A DNA stretch of 64,000 bases, taken from contig JAFTTN010000066.1 in the NCBI GenBank assembly GCA_017466805.1, positions 38,722 to 102,721 on the forward strand, read 5' to 3'. The stretch is from Clostridia bacterium. Its GTDB lineage: Bacteria > Bacillota > Clostridia > Oscillospirales > CAG-382. Below the pieces are notes generated by a model. That model saw only the letters and a list, made by a program, of their open reading frames with translations, ran no database searches and had not been told where the DNA came from. The position numbers and the translations under genes were made by a program. Below, one piece after another: positions 46,242 through 58,211 of this stretch (positions are counted from its first letter, which is position 1; every line of letters begins with the position of its first letter).

Positions 46242-48498
<2,257 letters not shown>

Positions 48499-48745
48499 AG
48501 TAGCTTTGATTTCCCAAAAAACGCAAAGCGTTTTCGTGTAAACTGCGTTTTAATTAGATTTTTATTACATATATAACCAAGCTCTAAACAAAAAGCAAAA
48601 ATTGTGTTAGAGAAGATACCCACAAAAATAGTATGAAGGAGAGTTCCGTAATAAAGCAGGATTATAACGCTATGCTTCGAAGGTGGTTTTAACCGCGTTT
48701 GAAAGAAGCTAAAAAAAATCCGTTTTTATTGCGGGAACCGAAAAA

Positions 48746-51313
48746 ATGGCTCACGAATACGATTACAGTAATCACGAAGAACAGGTTATTCATAATATCG
48801 GTATAGAAAACGAAATAAAAAGCTGTTATATCGACTATGCAATGAGCGTTATCGTCGGCAGAGCTCTGCCCGACGTACGCGACGGTATGAAGCCGGTACA
48901 CCGCAGAATTCTTTACGCGATGTACGAGGACAGGCTTACCTACGATAAGCCCTTCCGTAAATCCGCAACAACTGTCGGTAACGTGCTCGGTAGATACCAT
49001 CCGCACGGCGACGCATCGGTTTACGACGCTATGGTTCGTTTAGGTCAGGACTTCTCTTTGAGATACGTTCTTATCGACAAGCACGGTAACTTCGGTAATA
49101 TTGACGGTGACCCCCCTGCAGCATACCGTTATACCGAAGCGAGAATGTCGAAGATTGCCGATGAAATGCTTGCGGATATCGAAAAGGACGTTGTTGATTT
49201 CGTTCCCAACTTCGATAATATGCGCAAGGAGCCGGTTGTGCTTCCCTCGCGCTTTCCAAACCTTTTGGTAAACGGCAGCGTTGGTATTGCGGTTGGTATG
49301 GCAACCAACATTCCCACCCACAATCTGCGCGAGGTTATCGAGGCGACCGAATATCTTATCGACCACCCCGATTGCACTATCGTAGACCTTATGCAATACG
49401 TTAAAGGTCCCGATTTCCCGACCTACGGCACGATTTACGGCACGAGCGGCATATATGAAGCGTATATGACCGGACGCGGCAAGATAAGAGTGCGTGCGAA
49501 GGCGCATTTTGAAGAAAAGCACGGCAGAACCAGCATTATTATTACCGAGCTTCCTTATCAGGTTAACCGTTCGATGCTGCTTGAAAGCATGGTTGAGCTT
49601 GTTAAGACCAAGCGTGTAGAGGGTATTGCCGATATTCGAAACGAATCCGGCAAGGCGGGTATGCGTATCGTTATCGACGTTAAGAAGGACGCTAACGCAC
49701 AGATTATTCTTAATCTGCTTTACAAATACACTCAGCTTCAGGATACCTGCGCCGTTAATATGGTTGCGCTTGTAAACGGCGTGCCCAAGCTGTTAAACCT
49801 TAAAGAAGTGCTTAACCATTACCTTGTTCACCGCAAGGAAGTTATTACAAGACGAGTTAAGTTTGATCTTGCAAAGGCAGAGCACGAAGCACATATTTAC
49901 GAGGGCTACAAAATAGCTATCGACAATATCGACGAGGTTATTGCGATTATTCGTGCAAGCGAAAGCATTTCTGACGCGAAGGCAAACCTTATGGAACGCT
50001 TTGCTCTTTCGGAAGCACAGGCACAGGCTATAGTCGATATGACTTTAGGTAAGCTTTCGGGTATGGAACGCCAGAAGATCGAAGACAGATTGGCTTATCT
50101 TTACAATTTGATTAAAGAGCTAAAGGAAATTCTTGCCGACGAAAGCAAGCTTGTTGCAATTATAAAGGAAGACCTTGAATTTATAAAGAGCAAGTACGGC
50201 GACGCAAGAAGAACCGATATTGTTGAAGCCGAAAACGATATTCTTATCGAAGACCTTATCGAGCGCGAAAGCTGTGTTATTACCGCAACGCGCGCAGGCT
50301 ACGTTAAACGTTTACCGAGCGACACCTATCAAGCACAGCGCCGCGGCGGCAAGGGTATTACCGCAATGGGCACGCGCGAGGAGGATTTTGTCGAGGACGT
50401 TATTATATCGCACAGCCACGATTTCTTGCTTATGTTCTCGAACACCGGCAGGGTTTATATAAAGAAGTGCTACGAAATTCCCGAAAGCACGCGTACCGCG
50501 AAGGGTACGAACCTTGTAAACCTTTTGTCGCTTGACAGCGAGGAAAAGATTACGGCTATCGTTCCGGTTACCGAATTTACCGAGGACCAGAACCTTGTGC
50601 TTATTACACGATTGGGCGTTGTTAAGCGTATTAACCTTATGGCTTATAAGACCAAGCGCCAGAACGGTCTTTATGCGATTACGCTCGACGAGGGCGATCA
50701 GCTGCTTTACGTTCTTAAATCAAAGGGTGAGGACGATATTATCGTTGCAACGAACCGCGGTATTTCTATTCGATTTACCGAAAACGACGTTCGCGAAATG
50801 GGCAGACACGCGCGCGGTGTTCGCGCAGTTACGCTCGACGAGGGCGATTACGTTGTCGGTGCGGGAATTATTCCCGACGGAAACGACGATAACGAGCTTT
50901 ATATACTTACTATTACCGAAAACGGATTCGGTAAACGCAGTGTTACCGGTGAATACAAGCGCCAGCACCGCGGCGGCAGAGGTCTTATATGCCACGGCGT
51001 AAGTGCAAAAACGGGTGCGCTTGCGGGCTTGAAGCTTGTTCGTGAAAACGAAGAAGTTATGCTTATTACCGACGGTGGCGTTATTATCCGTACACGTATT
51101 TCCGAAATACCGGTTTACGGCAGAAGTGCATCGGGCGTTATCGTAATGCGTCTTGAAGAGGGTGCAAGCGTTGCTCGCTTTGCCGTTGTCGACCCCGACA
51201 GCGAGGAAAGAGAAGGCGAAGCAGCCGAAAACACCGAAATTTTGGAAAACGGTGCCGAAAACGGCGAAATTACAGCAGAAGAAACCAATTCCACGGTCGC
51301 GGAGGAACAGTAA
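48746..51313 (+). CDS. gyrA: DNA gyrase subunit A
   Basis: 855 aa. It carries YAMSVIVGRALPDVRDGMKPVHRRILY, the active-site Tyr region AAYRYTEARM, C-terminal beta-pinwheel repeats and an acidic tail. Confidence 0.97.
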   Translation: MAHEYDYSNHEEQVIHNIGIENEIKSCYIDYAMSVIVGRALPDVRDGMKPVHRRILYAMYEDRLTYDKPFRKSATTVGNVLGRYHPHGDASVYDAMVRLGQDFSLRYVLIDKHGNFGNIDGDPPAAYRYTEARMSKIADEMLADIEKDVVDFVPNFDNMRKEPVVLPSRFPNLLVNGSVGIAVGMATNIPTHNLREVIEATEYLIDHPDCTIVDLMQYVKGPDFPTYGTIYGTSGIYEAYMTGRGKIRVRAKAHFEEKHGRTSIIITELPYQVNRSMLLESMVELVKTKRVEGIADIRNESGKAGMRIVIDVKKDANAQIILNLLYKYTQLQDTCAVNMVALVNGVPKLLNLKEVLNHYLVHRKEVITRRVKFDLAKAEHEAHIYEGYKIAIDNIDEVIAIIRASESISDAKANLMERFALSEAQAQAIVDMTLGKLSGMERQKIEDRLAYLYNLIKELKEILADESKLVAIIKEDLEFIKSKYGDARRTDIVEAENDILIEDLIERESCVITATRAGYVKRLPSDTYQAQRRGGKGITAMGTREEDFVEDVIISHSHDFLLMFSNTGRVYIKKCYEIPESTRTAKGTNLVNLLSLDSEEKITAIVPVTEFTEDQNLVLITRLGVVKRINLMAYKTKRQNGLYAITLDEGDQLLYVLKSKGEDDIIVATNRGISIRFTENDVREMGRHARGVRAVTLDEGDYVVGAGIIPDGNDDNELYILTITENGFGKRSVTGEYKRQHRGGRGLICHGVSAKTGALAGLKLVRENEEVMLITDGGVIIRTRISEIPVYGRSASGVIVMRLEEGASVARFAVVDPDSEEREGEAAENTEILENGAENGEITAEETNSTVAEEQ

Positions 51314-51865
51314 ATGGCATTGAAAACCTTTATTCTTGAAAACAGCTCTACCAAAAGACAGCGCCAGAGCGATATACAAAAGGCTGTCCGCGAGTATCTG
51401 AAAAACCCGAAGGCAAAGGTAGAATACGACGAAAAGGGCAGACCTACGCTTGCAAACCTCGAAAAGAAAATGAATATTTCGATTACCTGCTGCGGCAAGG
51501 TTATGCTTGTAGTACTGTTCGAAAAGGCGATTGGTATCGACGGCGAATATTTGCCCGATATTCTTAACGCCGAAAAGAAAATCGACCACACGACTATCGC
51601 GGAAAGATTCTTTTCCGAAGAGGAAATCGAATATCTTAACGATTGCCCGAGAGAGACAGAGGTTGAAAGCTTTGTAAAGATTTGGGTACGCAAGGAAGCA
51701 TATACCAAGGCTGCGGGCAAAACGATTGCGGAATTTCCGAACTTTTCTGTAGTTGAAAACTCGAGATTTGTCAAGAAGGTTCACAATATTTCGATAAAAA
51801 CCTTTGCGATTAAGTTTGAGGATTGCGAAAATTATTCATTTGCCATTGCCGGCGCACTCGATTAA
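51314..51865 (+). CDS. 4'-phosphopantetheinyl transferase superfamily protein (Sfp-like)
   Basis: 183 aa. It carries AIGIDGE and WVRKEAYTKAAG (the W/FxxKEAxxK motif). Its ATG follows the gyrA TAA directly. Confidence 0.65.
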   Translation: MALKTFILENSSTKRQRQSDIQKAVREYLKNPKAKVEYDEKGRPTLANLEKKMNISITCCGKVMLVVLFEKAIGIDGEYLPDILNAEKKIDHTTIAERFFSEEEIEYLNDCPRETEVESFVKIWVRKEAYTKAAGKTIAEFPNFSVVENSRFVKKVHNISIKTFAIKFEDCENYSFAIAGALD

Positions 51866-51892
51866 GTGTTTATACTGTATTTATAGAAATAA

Positions 51893-51975
51893 AGCGAGAG
51901 AACCTTTTTATAAAAAGGTTCTCTCGTACTCTTTACTAAAAATTTTCGTTTATAAAAATTTTTAGTGTATCGTTG
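51893..51975 (-). repeat. ACGAGAGA hairpin repeat, copy E (reverse orientation)
   Basis: The hairpin GCGAGAGAACC-TTTTTATAAAAA-GGTTCTCTCGT lies at 51893-51926. The flank ends in TAGTGTATCGTTGT, which is the reverse complement of the ACAACGATACACTA terminal motif. Confidence 0.75.
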
Positions 51976-52008
51976 TTACCGTTTATAATAACGTAGCAAC
52001 GATACACT
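51962..52008. repeat. 16-bp inverted repeat formed by two copies of the repeat terminal motif
   Basis: TAGTGTATCGTTGTTA (51962-77) pairs with TAGCAACGATACACTA (51993-52008), with 1 mismatch. Confidence 0.7.
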
Positions 52009-52035
52009 ATTTTTGTTTGTTTTGATATAAGCGGC

Positions 52036-54420
52036 TTAATTCAAGCTTTGAGCGTATTTAACGGTTGCCATAGCGTCGGCACCGAAGCAATCCGCACCGA
52101 TAGAAAGGGCGTAATCCTCGGTCAACACTGCACCGCCTACGATTATTTTCACATACGGCAGAGCGTCCTTTACGATTTTTACCGTTTCTGCCATTGCGGG
52201 AACGGTTGTTGTCATTAAAGCGGAAAGCCCAAGCAGGCGTGCGCCGCTTTCCTTAAGCGCGTTTAGCACGACTTGCGGCGGTACGTCTCTTCCGAGGTCG
52301 ATAACCTCGAAGCCATAGTTGGAAAGCAGGGTTGCAACGATATTTTTACCGATATCGTGGATATCGCCTTTTACAGTTGCGATAACGAATTTTTCGCTTT
52401 TTTCGCTTTTATTGTCCGACATTGCGGCGTTCACAGCCGAAAAAGCCGATTTTGCAGCTTCGGCGCCGCCCAAAAGGCGAGGCAGGAAGATTTTTTTATC
52501 CTCGTATGCGGTTCCGAGTGCATCGAGAGCGGGAACGAGGTCGCTTTCGATTATTTCGAGCGGAGATTTTGTTTTTAAAAGCTCGGTTGCAAGCTCTTTT
52601 GCTTTTGCCGACAGGCCGGTGAAAACGGCGTCAAAAAGCGTTATTTCGCGTTTTTCCGACGCGTTTTGTACAGAATCGGTTACTTCCTCGGTGCTGTATA
52701 CGAATTCGCGGGGCGGATTCTCCTGCTCGAGCACCAAACGCATATTTACGCTTGACGGATTAATTATTGCCGCAGACAGTCCGCGCGCCATTGCCGCGCC
52801 GAGAAACGATGCGTTTATTGCTTCGCGGTTGGGCATACCGAACGATATATTCGATACGCCGAGGACCGTAAGCTTATTTCTGTTTGAAAGCCGTTCGACG
52901 CAGGCAAGCGTTTTTTCGCCGCTTGCATTATCGGTTGCGACGGTTAGGGTAAGCGCATCGAAAAGCAATCTTTCGGTTGAAATACCGAAGGAAATTGCAT
53001 TGATTTCTATACGGTCTGCGATTTCAAGTCTGCCTTCGGCGGTATCGGGGATACCGTCTTCATCGAGCAGGAGCGCAACGCAAAGACCGCCGTATTTTTT
53101 GACTATTGGGAAAACGGCGTTCATATTTTCGGTTTTGCCGTTGACCGAATTGATTATTGGGATACCGTTATAGATTCTTGCCGCCGCCTCGAGTGCTTGG
53201 GGGTTTGCCGAATCGAGCTGAAGGGGTAGGTCGGTAACCTTTTGCAAGGCGAGCACTACCTTGGGCAGCATTTCGATTTCGTCGATTTCGGGGATACCAA
53301 CGTTTACGTCGAGAATATCGGCGCCGGCCTGCTGTTGTGCGACCGCTTCGGCACACAAGTAGTCCAAATCGTTATTTTTTAGTGCTTCTTTAAGCTTTTT
53401 TTTGCCTGTGGGGTTAAGTCTTTCGCCGATAACCGCGGTTTTTTCGCCAAAGGCGTAAAGGCTTGTACCCGAGCAAACGGTTATTTTTTTGAACTGCCGT
53501 TTAAGCTCGCAGTTTTTACCGCTTATTGCAAGTGCGACCTCTTTTATATATTCGGGCGTTGTTCCGCAGCAGCCGCCGACCGCGGCGATGCCGTTATCCG
53601 CAAGCGTTGCGGCGAAATCGAAAAAGCGTTGGGGAAGCACGTCGAAATAGGTTTTGCCGTTTTCATCGATTTTCGGCAAGCCTGCGTTTGCGTTAACGAT
53701 TATCGGTTTTCCGCTTGCTCTTGCAAGGCGGATTGCAATGCCCTCCATAATATCGGGGCCCAAGCCGCAGTTTACACCCAAAACGTCGACTCCGAGTGCG
53801 GTTAAATATGCCGCGGCAACCTCGGGCGTTGCGCCGGTAAGAGTTCTGCCGCTTTCATCGAAGGTTAGCGAAACGGCGACGGGAAGGCTTGTATTTTCCC
53901 TTGCCGCGATTACCGCCGCTTTACATTCGTACAAATCCGAAAAGGTTTCGAAGAATATTAGGTCTGCGCCCGCCTTTTCGGCGCCGATAACGGCGTCTTT
54001 AAAGGCGTTTACCGCTTCTTCGAATTCGAAATCGCCGAGCGGGGACATTAATTTGCCGGTAGGGCCGATATCCGCCGCGACGAATATTTGTTTTTTATAT
54101 TCGCTTGCCGCTTTTTTTGCCAAGGCAACGGCGCGCGCGACCTCTTGCTCTGCATTTAGATTATGGGGCGCGAGCTTAACCGAATTTGCGCCGAAGGAGT
54201 TTGTGGAAATAACGTCTGCACCCGCTTCGATATACGCGCGGTGCACAGAAATTACCGCTTCCTCGGCGGTTGTATTCATCATTTCGGGGATTTCGCCCGA
54301 CTTCAAGCCGCGCGCTTGGAGCATAGTGCCCATTGCGCCGTCGAAGACCAGCATTTTTTTGCCGATAACTTCGCAAAGGCCGGGTTTTCCTTTATTATCC
54401 GAATTATTTCCAAAAAACAT
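52036..54420 (-). CDS. metH: Cobalamin-dependent methionine synthase (Hcy-binding, pterin-binding, B12-binding domains; no AdoMet reactivation domain)
   Basis: The likely start is ATG 54420 (MFFGNNSD..MLVFDGAMGT). It carries the zinc-site region GGCCGTTPEY and the B12 motif GDIHDIGKNIV. Its ~795 aa ends after the B12 domain. Confidence 0.88.
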   Translation of the reverse strand: MFFGNNSDNKGKPGLCEVIGKKMLVFDGAMGTMLQARGLKSGEIPEMMNTTAEEAVISVHRAYIEAGADVISTNSFGANSVKLAPHNLNAEQEVARAVALAKKAASEYKKQIFVAADIGPTGKLMSPLGDFEFEEAVNAFKDAVIGAEKAGADLIFFETFSDLYECKAAVIAARENTSLPVAVSLTFDESGRTLTGATPEVAAAYLTALGVDVLGVNCGLGPDIMEGIAIRLARASGKPIIVNANAGLPKIDENGKTYFDVLPQRFFDFAATLADNGIAAVGGCCGTTPEYIKEVALAISGKNCELKRQFKKITVCSGTSLYAFGEKTAVIGERLNPTGKKKLKEALKNNDLDYLCAEAVAQQQAGADILDVNVGIPEIDEIEMLPKVVLALQKVTDLPLQLDSANPQALEAAARIYNGIPIINSVNGKTENMNAVFPIVKKYGGLCVALLLDEDGIPDTAEGRLEIADRIEINAISFGISTERLLFDALTLTVATDNASGEKTLACVERLSNRNKLTVLGVSNISFGMPNREAINASFLGAAMARGLSAAIINPSSVNMRLVLEQENPPREFVYSTEEVTDSVQNASEKREITLFDAVFTGLSAKAKELATELLKTKSPLEIIESDLVPALDALGTAYEDKKIFLPRLLGGAEAAKSAFSAVNAAMSDNKSEKSEKFVIATVKGDIHDIGKNIVATLLSNYGFEVIDLGRDVPPQVVLNALKESGARLLGLSALMTTTVPAMAETVKIVKDALPYVKIIVGGAVLTEDYALSIGADCFGADAMATVKYAQSLN

Positions 54421-54436
54421 AATATGCTCCGTTTCG

Positions 54437-55297
54437 TCAGATATTGCGAATATACGAAATATTACCGAGTATTTCTGCAAGCACGTCGGGCTTATTCATA
54501 GCGTAGATATGGATATTATTAACGCCGTTTGCGATAAGATCGATAATCTGCTCGGTTGCAAAAGCGATACCCGCTTGGCGCATAGCTTGCGGGTGCCCGC
54601 CGAAGCGTTCGACGATTTCGCGCAGGCGGCGCGGCACGGTTGTGCCGGAAAGCGATGCGCTTCGGCTTAGCTGGCGCGCATTGGTTATGGGCATAATACC
54701 CGCAATAACCGGAATATTGATCCCTTTGCGTTGAAATTTCGTCATAAACGAATACATTATATCGTTATCGAAGAACATTTGGGTGGTGAAAAACTCACAG
54801 CCGCTTTCTGCCTTTATTTTAAGCGCATCGATATCTGCGGAAACGCTTGCGGCTTCGGGGTGTCCCTCGGGATAGCAGGCACCGCCGATACAAAAATCGC
54901 CTTTTTGCTTGATTGCAACGGCAAGGTCGCTTGCGTGGGCATATACCCTTTTCGGCTCTCTGCCTTGGGGCATATCGCCGCGAAGAGCAAGAATGTTTTC
55001 GATACCGTTTGCCTTTAGCGAGCTTAGATAGCTGTTTAGCGATTCTTCATCTGAAGAAACGCAGGTGACGTGTGCAAGCGAGGCAACGCCGCAGCTTTCG
55101 ACTGCTTCTGCCAGCTCTGCGGTAAAGCCTGCGGTCGAGCCCGCCGCTCCGTAAGTGACGCTTATAAAATCGGGCTTAAGCGCCGCCATTTCGGTGACGA
55201 TTTTACGGCTTTGCTCTAATTCGGAGCCCAGCTTTGGCGGGAAAATTTCCGCAGAAACAGTTATTTCTTTTTCTTTTAAAACATCACTTATTTTCAT
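54437..55297 (-). CDS. metF: Methylenetetrahydrofolate reductase
   Basis: 286 aa. It carries VSAEIFPPK, FISVTYGAAGS, ALRGD and FFTQMFFD. Confidence 0.9.
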   Translation of the reverse strand: MKISDVLKEKEITVSAEIFPPKLGSELEQSRKIVTEMAALKPDFISVTYGAAGSTAGFTAELAEAVESCGVASLAHVTCVSSDEESLNSYLSSLKANGIENILALRGDMPQGREPKRVYAHASDLAVAIKQKGDFCIGGACYPEGHPEAASVSADIDALKIKAESGCEFFTTQMFFDNDIMYSFMTKFQRKGINIPVIAGIMPITNARQLSRSASLSGTTVPRRLREIVERFGGHPQAMRQAGIAFATEQIIDLIANGVNNIHIYAMNKPDVLAEILGNISYIRNI

Positions 55298-55378
55298 TTT
55301 TTAGTTTCGCGGCAGCGGTGAAGAGCTTTTTCGCCATTTGCGCGCGATACCTTTCTTTTTTTATTAAAGCTTGCTATA

Positions 55379-56104
55379 TTACAGCTTTTTAAATACGTAA
55401 TATTCCTTTTCGGCTTCCTCGCATCCGTCGAAGCCCTTGCCTCCGCTTAGCTTTACAAGCTCGAAGCCCTTTGCCGCGTTTAATATTTCTTCGTGTGTGT
55501 GCAGCTTTTGGAACTGCTGCTCGTATTCACGGTCGTAGCTGCCAAACTCGTTTTCGGTGAAAATATTAAGCTCGAATTCGCAGGTTTGCGTTTTTTCGTC
55601 GTAATAATTACGCCAGGTTAAAAATGCATCCTCGAACTCATATATAAAGCTATTATTGCCATACACGTTTTTATAGCGGTATTCGGTATTTACGTCGAAG
55701 ATAAACAAGCCGCCCGTTTCCAAATAATTATGCACCAAAACAAAGACCTGCTCGAGGTCTTTGCTTTTTTCTATGTAGTTTAGGCAATCGAACGAGGAAT
55801 AAATAGCCTGTACGGTGCCGTAAAGCTCGAATTCGCGCATATCCTGACACAAAAGCAGAGTATTGAAGCCTTCGTTACGCTCGCGCGCGATATTTAACAT
55901 TTCGGGCGAAATATCAAGCCCGATCATATCGTAGCCCTTTTGGGCGAGCAAAGCGGTTATTCCGCCTGTACCGCACCCCAAATCGAGCACCTCGCGTACG
56001 GGGATATCCGCAAGTGCAAAACATTCGCAAAGCATTTCGGCATAGGGCTTATACGCCTCGCCGTTTATTTCATCGTATAAATAGGCGAGAGCAGAGTAGC
56101 TCAT
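55379..56104 (-). CDS. Class I SAM-dependent methyltransferase
   Basis: Motif I VLDLGCGTGGITALLAQKGYDMIGLDISPEML. Its ATG overlaps the upstream stop (TAATG). Confidence 0.8.
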   Translation of the reverse strand: MSYSALAYLYDEINGEAYKPYAEMLCECFALADIPVREVLDLGCGTGGITALLAQKGYDMIGLDISPEMLNIARERNEGFNTLLLCQDMREFELYGTVQAIYSSFDCLNYIEKSKDLEQVFVLVHNYLETGGLFIFDVNTEYRYKNVYGNNSFIYEFEDAFLTWRNYYDEKTQTCEFELNIFTENEFGSYDREYEQQFQKLHTHEEILNAAKGFELVKLSGGKGFDGCEEAEKEYYVFKKL

Positions 56105-56391
56105 TATTCGGAAATGCGGTCGAGCACCATTGCGTAACCGTCGCTGCCATAGCGCAATGCGCGGTTAACACGGGTTATCGTTGCGGTGGAAAGGTGAGTC
56201 TTTTCGGCAATTTCGTTATAGGTGTTGCCGTCGCGGAGCATTTCAGCCGCGGTAAGACGTTTGCTCATTTCGGTGATTTCGCTGATAGTGCAAAGGTCGG
56301 AAAGGAAGCGATATGCTTCTTCAACCGAGCGCACGCTGACTATTGCAGCTGCAAGCTTATCCGTATTAGCGTCCTTTATTCTTTCGATCAT
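56104..56391 (-). CDS. TrpR-like YerC/YecD family protein
   Basis: 95 aa. It carries LCTISEITEMSKRLTAAEMLRDGNTYNEIAEKTHLSTATITRVNRAL. Confidence 0.75.
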   Translation of the reverse strand: MIERIKDANTDKLAAAIVSVRSVEEAYRFLSDLCTISEITEMSKRLTAAEMLRDGNTYNEIAEKTHLSTATITRVNRALRYGSDGYAMVLDRISE

Positions 56392-56394
56392 TTT

Positions 56395-58017
56395 TTAGTC
56401 CTCCAAATTAAATTCTATTTCATCCGCTTTAAAGGTTCCTTTAATAAAGCGGTAGGTATCGTTATAAACCGAATGCAGATATGGATCTTCGGATTTATAC
56501 GCTTTGTAGTAAACGTCGGGAACGCCGCCCTGGTAATACATATGCGCCGCGTCCTTCATATAGCCGGTTATTGCGCCTGCGGCATAGTATTTTTTGATTC
56601 GTTCGATATTCCATTCGGCTGTACCGCCAACCTCGAGCTCGATACACATTCCCAAAAGCTTTGCGGTGGATGCCGCATCGAAGAGACGGGAATCGGGCAC
56701 TGCCTGATTAAAGGCGTAGTTGGGCTGGTAGCAAACTACGTCGAAGCCGAGGTTATGCCAATCGTTATAGCCGGATGCGTGGAAATAGGGTATCCAGGTG
56801 GTAATAAGTCCCATTCCGCGAACGTAATCGGTGGTATAGCGGAGAAGCTCCAAAAGCTGATTATCTGCATAATTGATTTCTTCGGTAAACCAATAGTAGC
56901 CCTTTAGCTCGAGATGCTTATATTCTTTTTCGTTAAATCTTTTATATTGCTCGTCGATAAGCCATTTAAGTGCGGCTTTTCGATCCTCCACACAGGAGAA
57001 ATCGAGGTTTTTGCCGTCGATAACGCCGAATTCCTTAACCTCGGTAACCGGATAAAGAATCGAGAAATAAACGCTTACCTTATAGTCCTTTATTCCCAAT
57101 TTTTCGCCAACCTCGGCAACCGCGGCCTCGAGCGCGTCCATATTATAGCCATCTATGAACTGCGTATCGATATAATGCTGCCAATTTTTCTTGGTAAGCG
57201 GACGTTTTTTATATTTATCGTAAAGGAATGCAACGTATGGAAGGAAGAGGTAGCCGTCGAAGAGGGTATCCTTGATTTCGCCGTCTTCGATATATGCAAC
57301 GTGGGGAAGGAAAATTTCTTTTGTGATAGGTGCGACGTTTTCGTGACAGAAATATGCAAGCAAAACGTCCTTTGCACCGAGCGCGGAGGTGGAAGCAAAC
57401 GCGTTCGGGTATTCGCTTTCTTTTAATTCCTCGGGAACTATTTCGAATGCGCCCTCGGTATCGGTGCAACCGTAAAGCTCTAATTCATCGATCCATATAT
57501 GCGAGGATACGTTAAAATAAAACTTGATATATCTTGCCTTTAAGGGCTTTTCGAAATTTGTATTTTTGCGAATAAACGCCGGCGAGGTTTCCGAGCAGAT
57601 GCCGTTGATTTCGCCCGCCTTTTGCCAGCCTTCGCCATCTTCGGAGGCGAAAATTGTTATTCTCGGCGGAACGCCGACGCCAACCTCGTCCTCGCGCAGA
57701 AGGCTTAATCCCGCGCCGGTGATTTTGCAAACGCTTTCGAGGTCGTAAAGCAAGGCTCTTGCACAGCCACTTGTGAAATGGAAATACGCTTCGTCGAAGC
57801 AGCTTGCCTTTTCGGCGTATTTTCCGTCGGTAAGACAATTACAGTTCGCAGGGCTGTTGAACCATTCGGTAGTATGCTCGGGCATAATCTTTTCGTAATT
57901 CTTTATTTTTTGGGGAAGACCGAGCAACAGATTTTTAATATCCTTGTTTTTCTCAACTGCTTTTTCGGGAGTTTTAACAAGCTCAAAATCGCCGTAAAAG
58001 TCCACATTTACGTTCAT
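56395..58017 (-). CDS. Hypothetical protein: N-terminal discoidin/F5-8 type C-like domain + C-terminal DUF4855-like domain
   Basis: 540 aa with no signal peptide. The segment ARYIKFYFNVSSHIWIDELELYGC resembles the end of a discoidin-like domain. The C-terminal WIPYFHASGY..CYQPNY region is recalled as DUF4855-like (not searched). Confidence 0.4.
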   Translation of the reverse strand: MNVNVDFYGDFELVKTPEKAVEKNKDIKNLLLGLPQKIKNYEKIMPEHTTEWFNSPANCNCLTDGKYAEKASCFDEAYFHFTSGCARALLYDLESVCKITGAGLSLLREDEVGVGVPPRITIFASEDGEGWQKAGEINGICSETSPAFIRKNTNFEKPLKARYIKFYFNVSSHIWIDELELYGCTDTEGAFEIVPEELKESEYPNAFASTSALGAKDVLLAYFCHENVAPITKEIFLPHVAYIEDGEIKDTLFDGYLFLPYVAFLYDKYKKRPLTKKNWQHYIDTQFIDGYNMDALEAAVAEVGEKLGIKDYKVSVYFSILYPVTEVKEFGVIDGKNLDFSCVEDRKAALKWLIDEQYKRFNEKEYKHLELKGYYWFTEEINYADNQLLELLRYTTDYVRGMGLITTWIPYFHASGYNDWHNLGFDVVCYQPNYAFNQAVPDSRLFDAASTAKLLGMCIELEVGGTAEWNIERIKKYYAAGAITGYMKDAAHMYYQGGVPDVYYKAYKSEDPYLHSVYNDTYRFIKGTFKADEIEFNLED

Positions 58018-58060
58018 AGTGCAAAAATCCTCCTGCTTTTAAACATTAATGCGTTAGTTT

Positions 58061-58089
58061 ATTATACTATTAATTTTCTCACTTTGCAA
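58061..58089 (-). promoter_or_regulatory. Sigma-A-type promoter of the DUF4855-like/yerC/methyltransferase(/metF-metH) operon
   Basis: On the minus strand: TTGCAA, 17 nt, TATAAT. Confidence 0.55.
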
Positions 58090-58162
58090 GTCATTTTAAC
58101 AAATTAATGTGATTTTCTTGCAAATTGATAAACGAACATAGCGGTTATTCGGCACAGGCGTG

Positions 58163-58190
58163 AAAAAAAGAGGGGTAACACAACCCCTCT
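58163..58190 (-). terminator. Rho-independent terminator after pgk-tpiA
   Basis: On the minus strand: AGAGGGGT-tgtgtt-ACCCCTCT followed by TTTTTTTCA. Confidence 0.85.
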
Positions 58191-58211
58191 TTAATATAAG
58201 CTTTTCGGTTA

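Noticed and set aside
55298-55378. Search for SAM (S-box) or cobalamin riboswitches upstream of metF-metH and hom (27099-27321).
   Set aside because: The spacers are too short (81 nt) or contain only a promoter. No S-box or B12-box-like conserved segments were seen.
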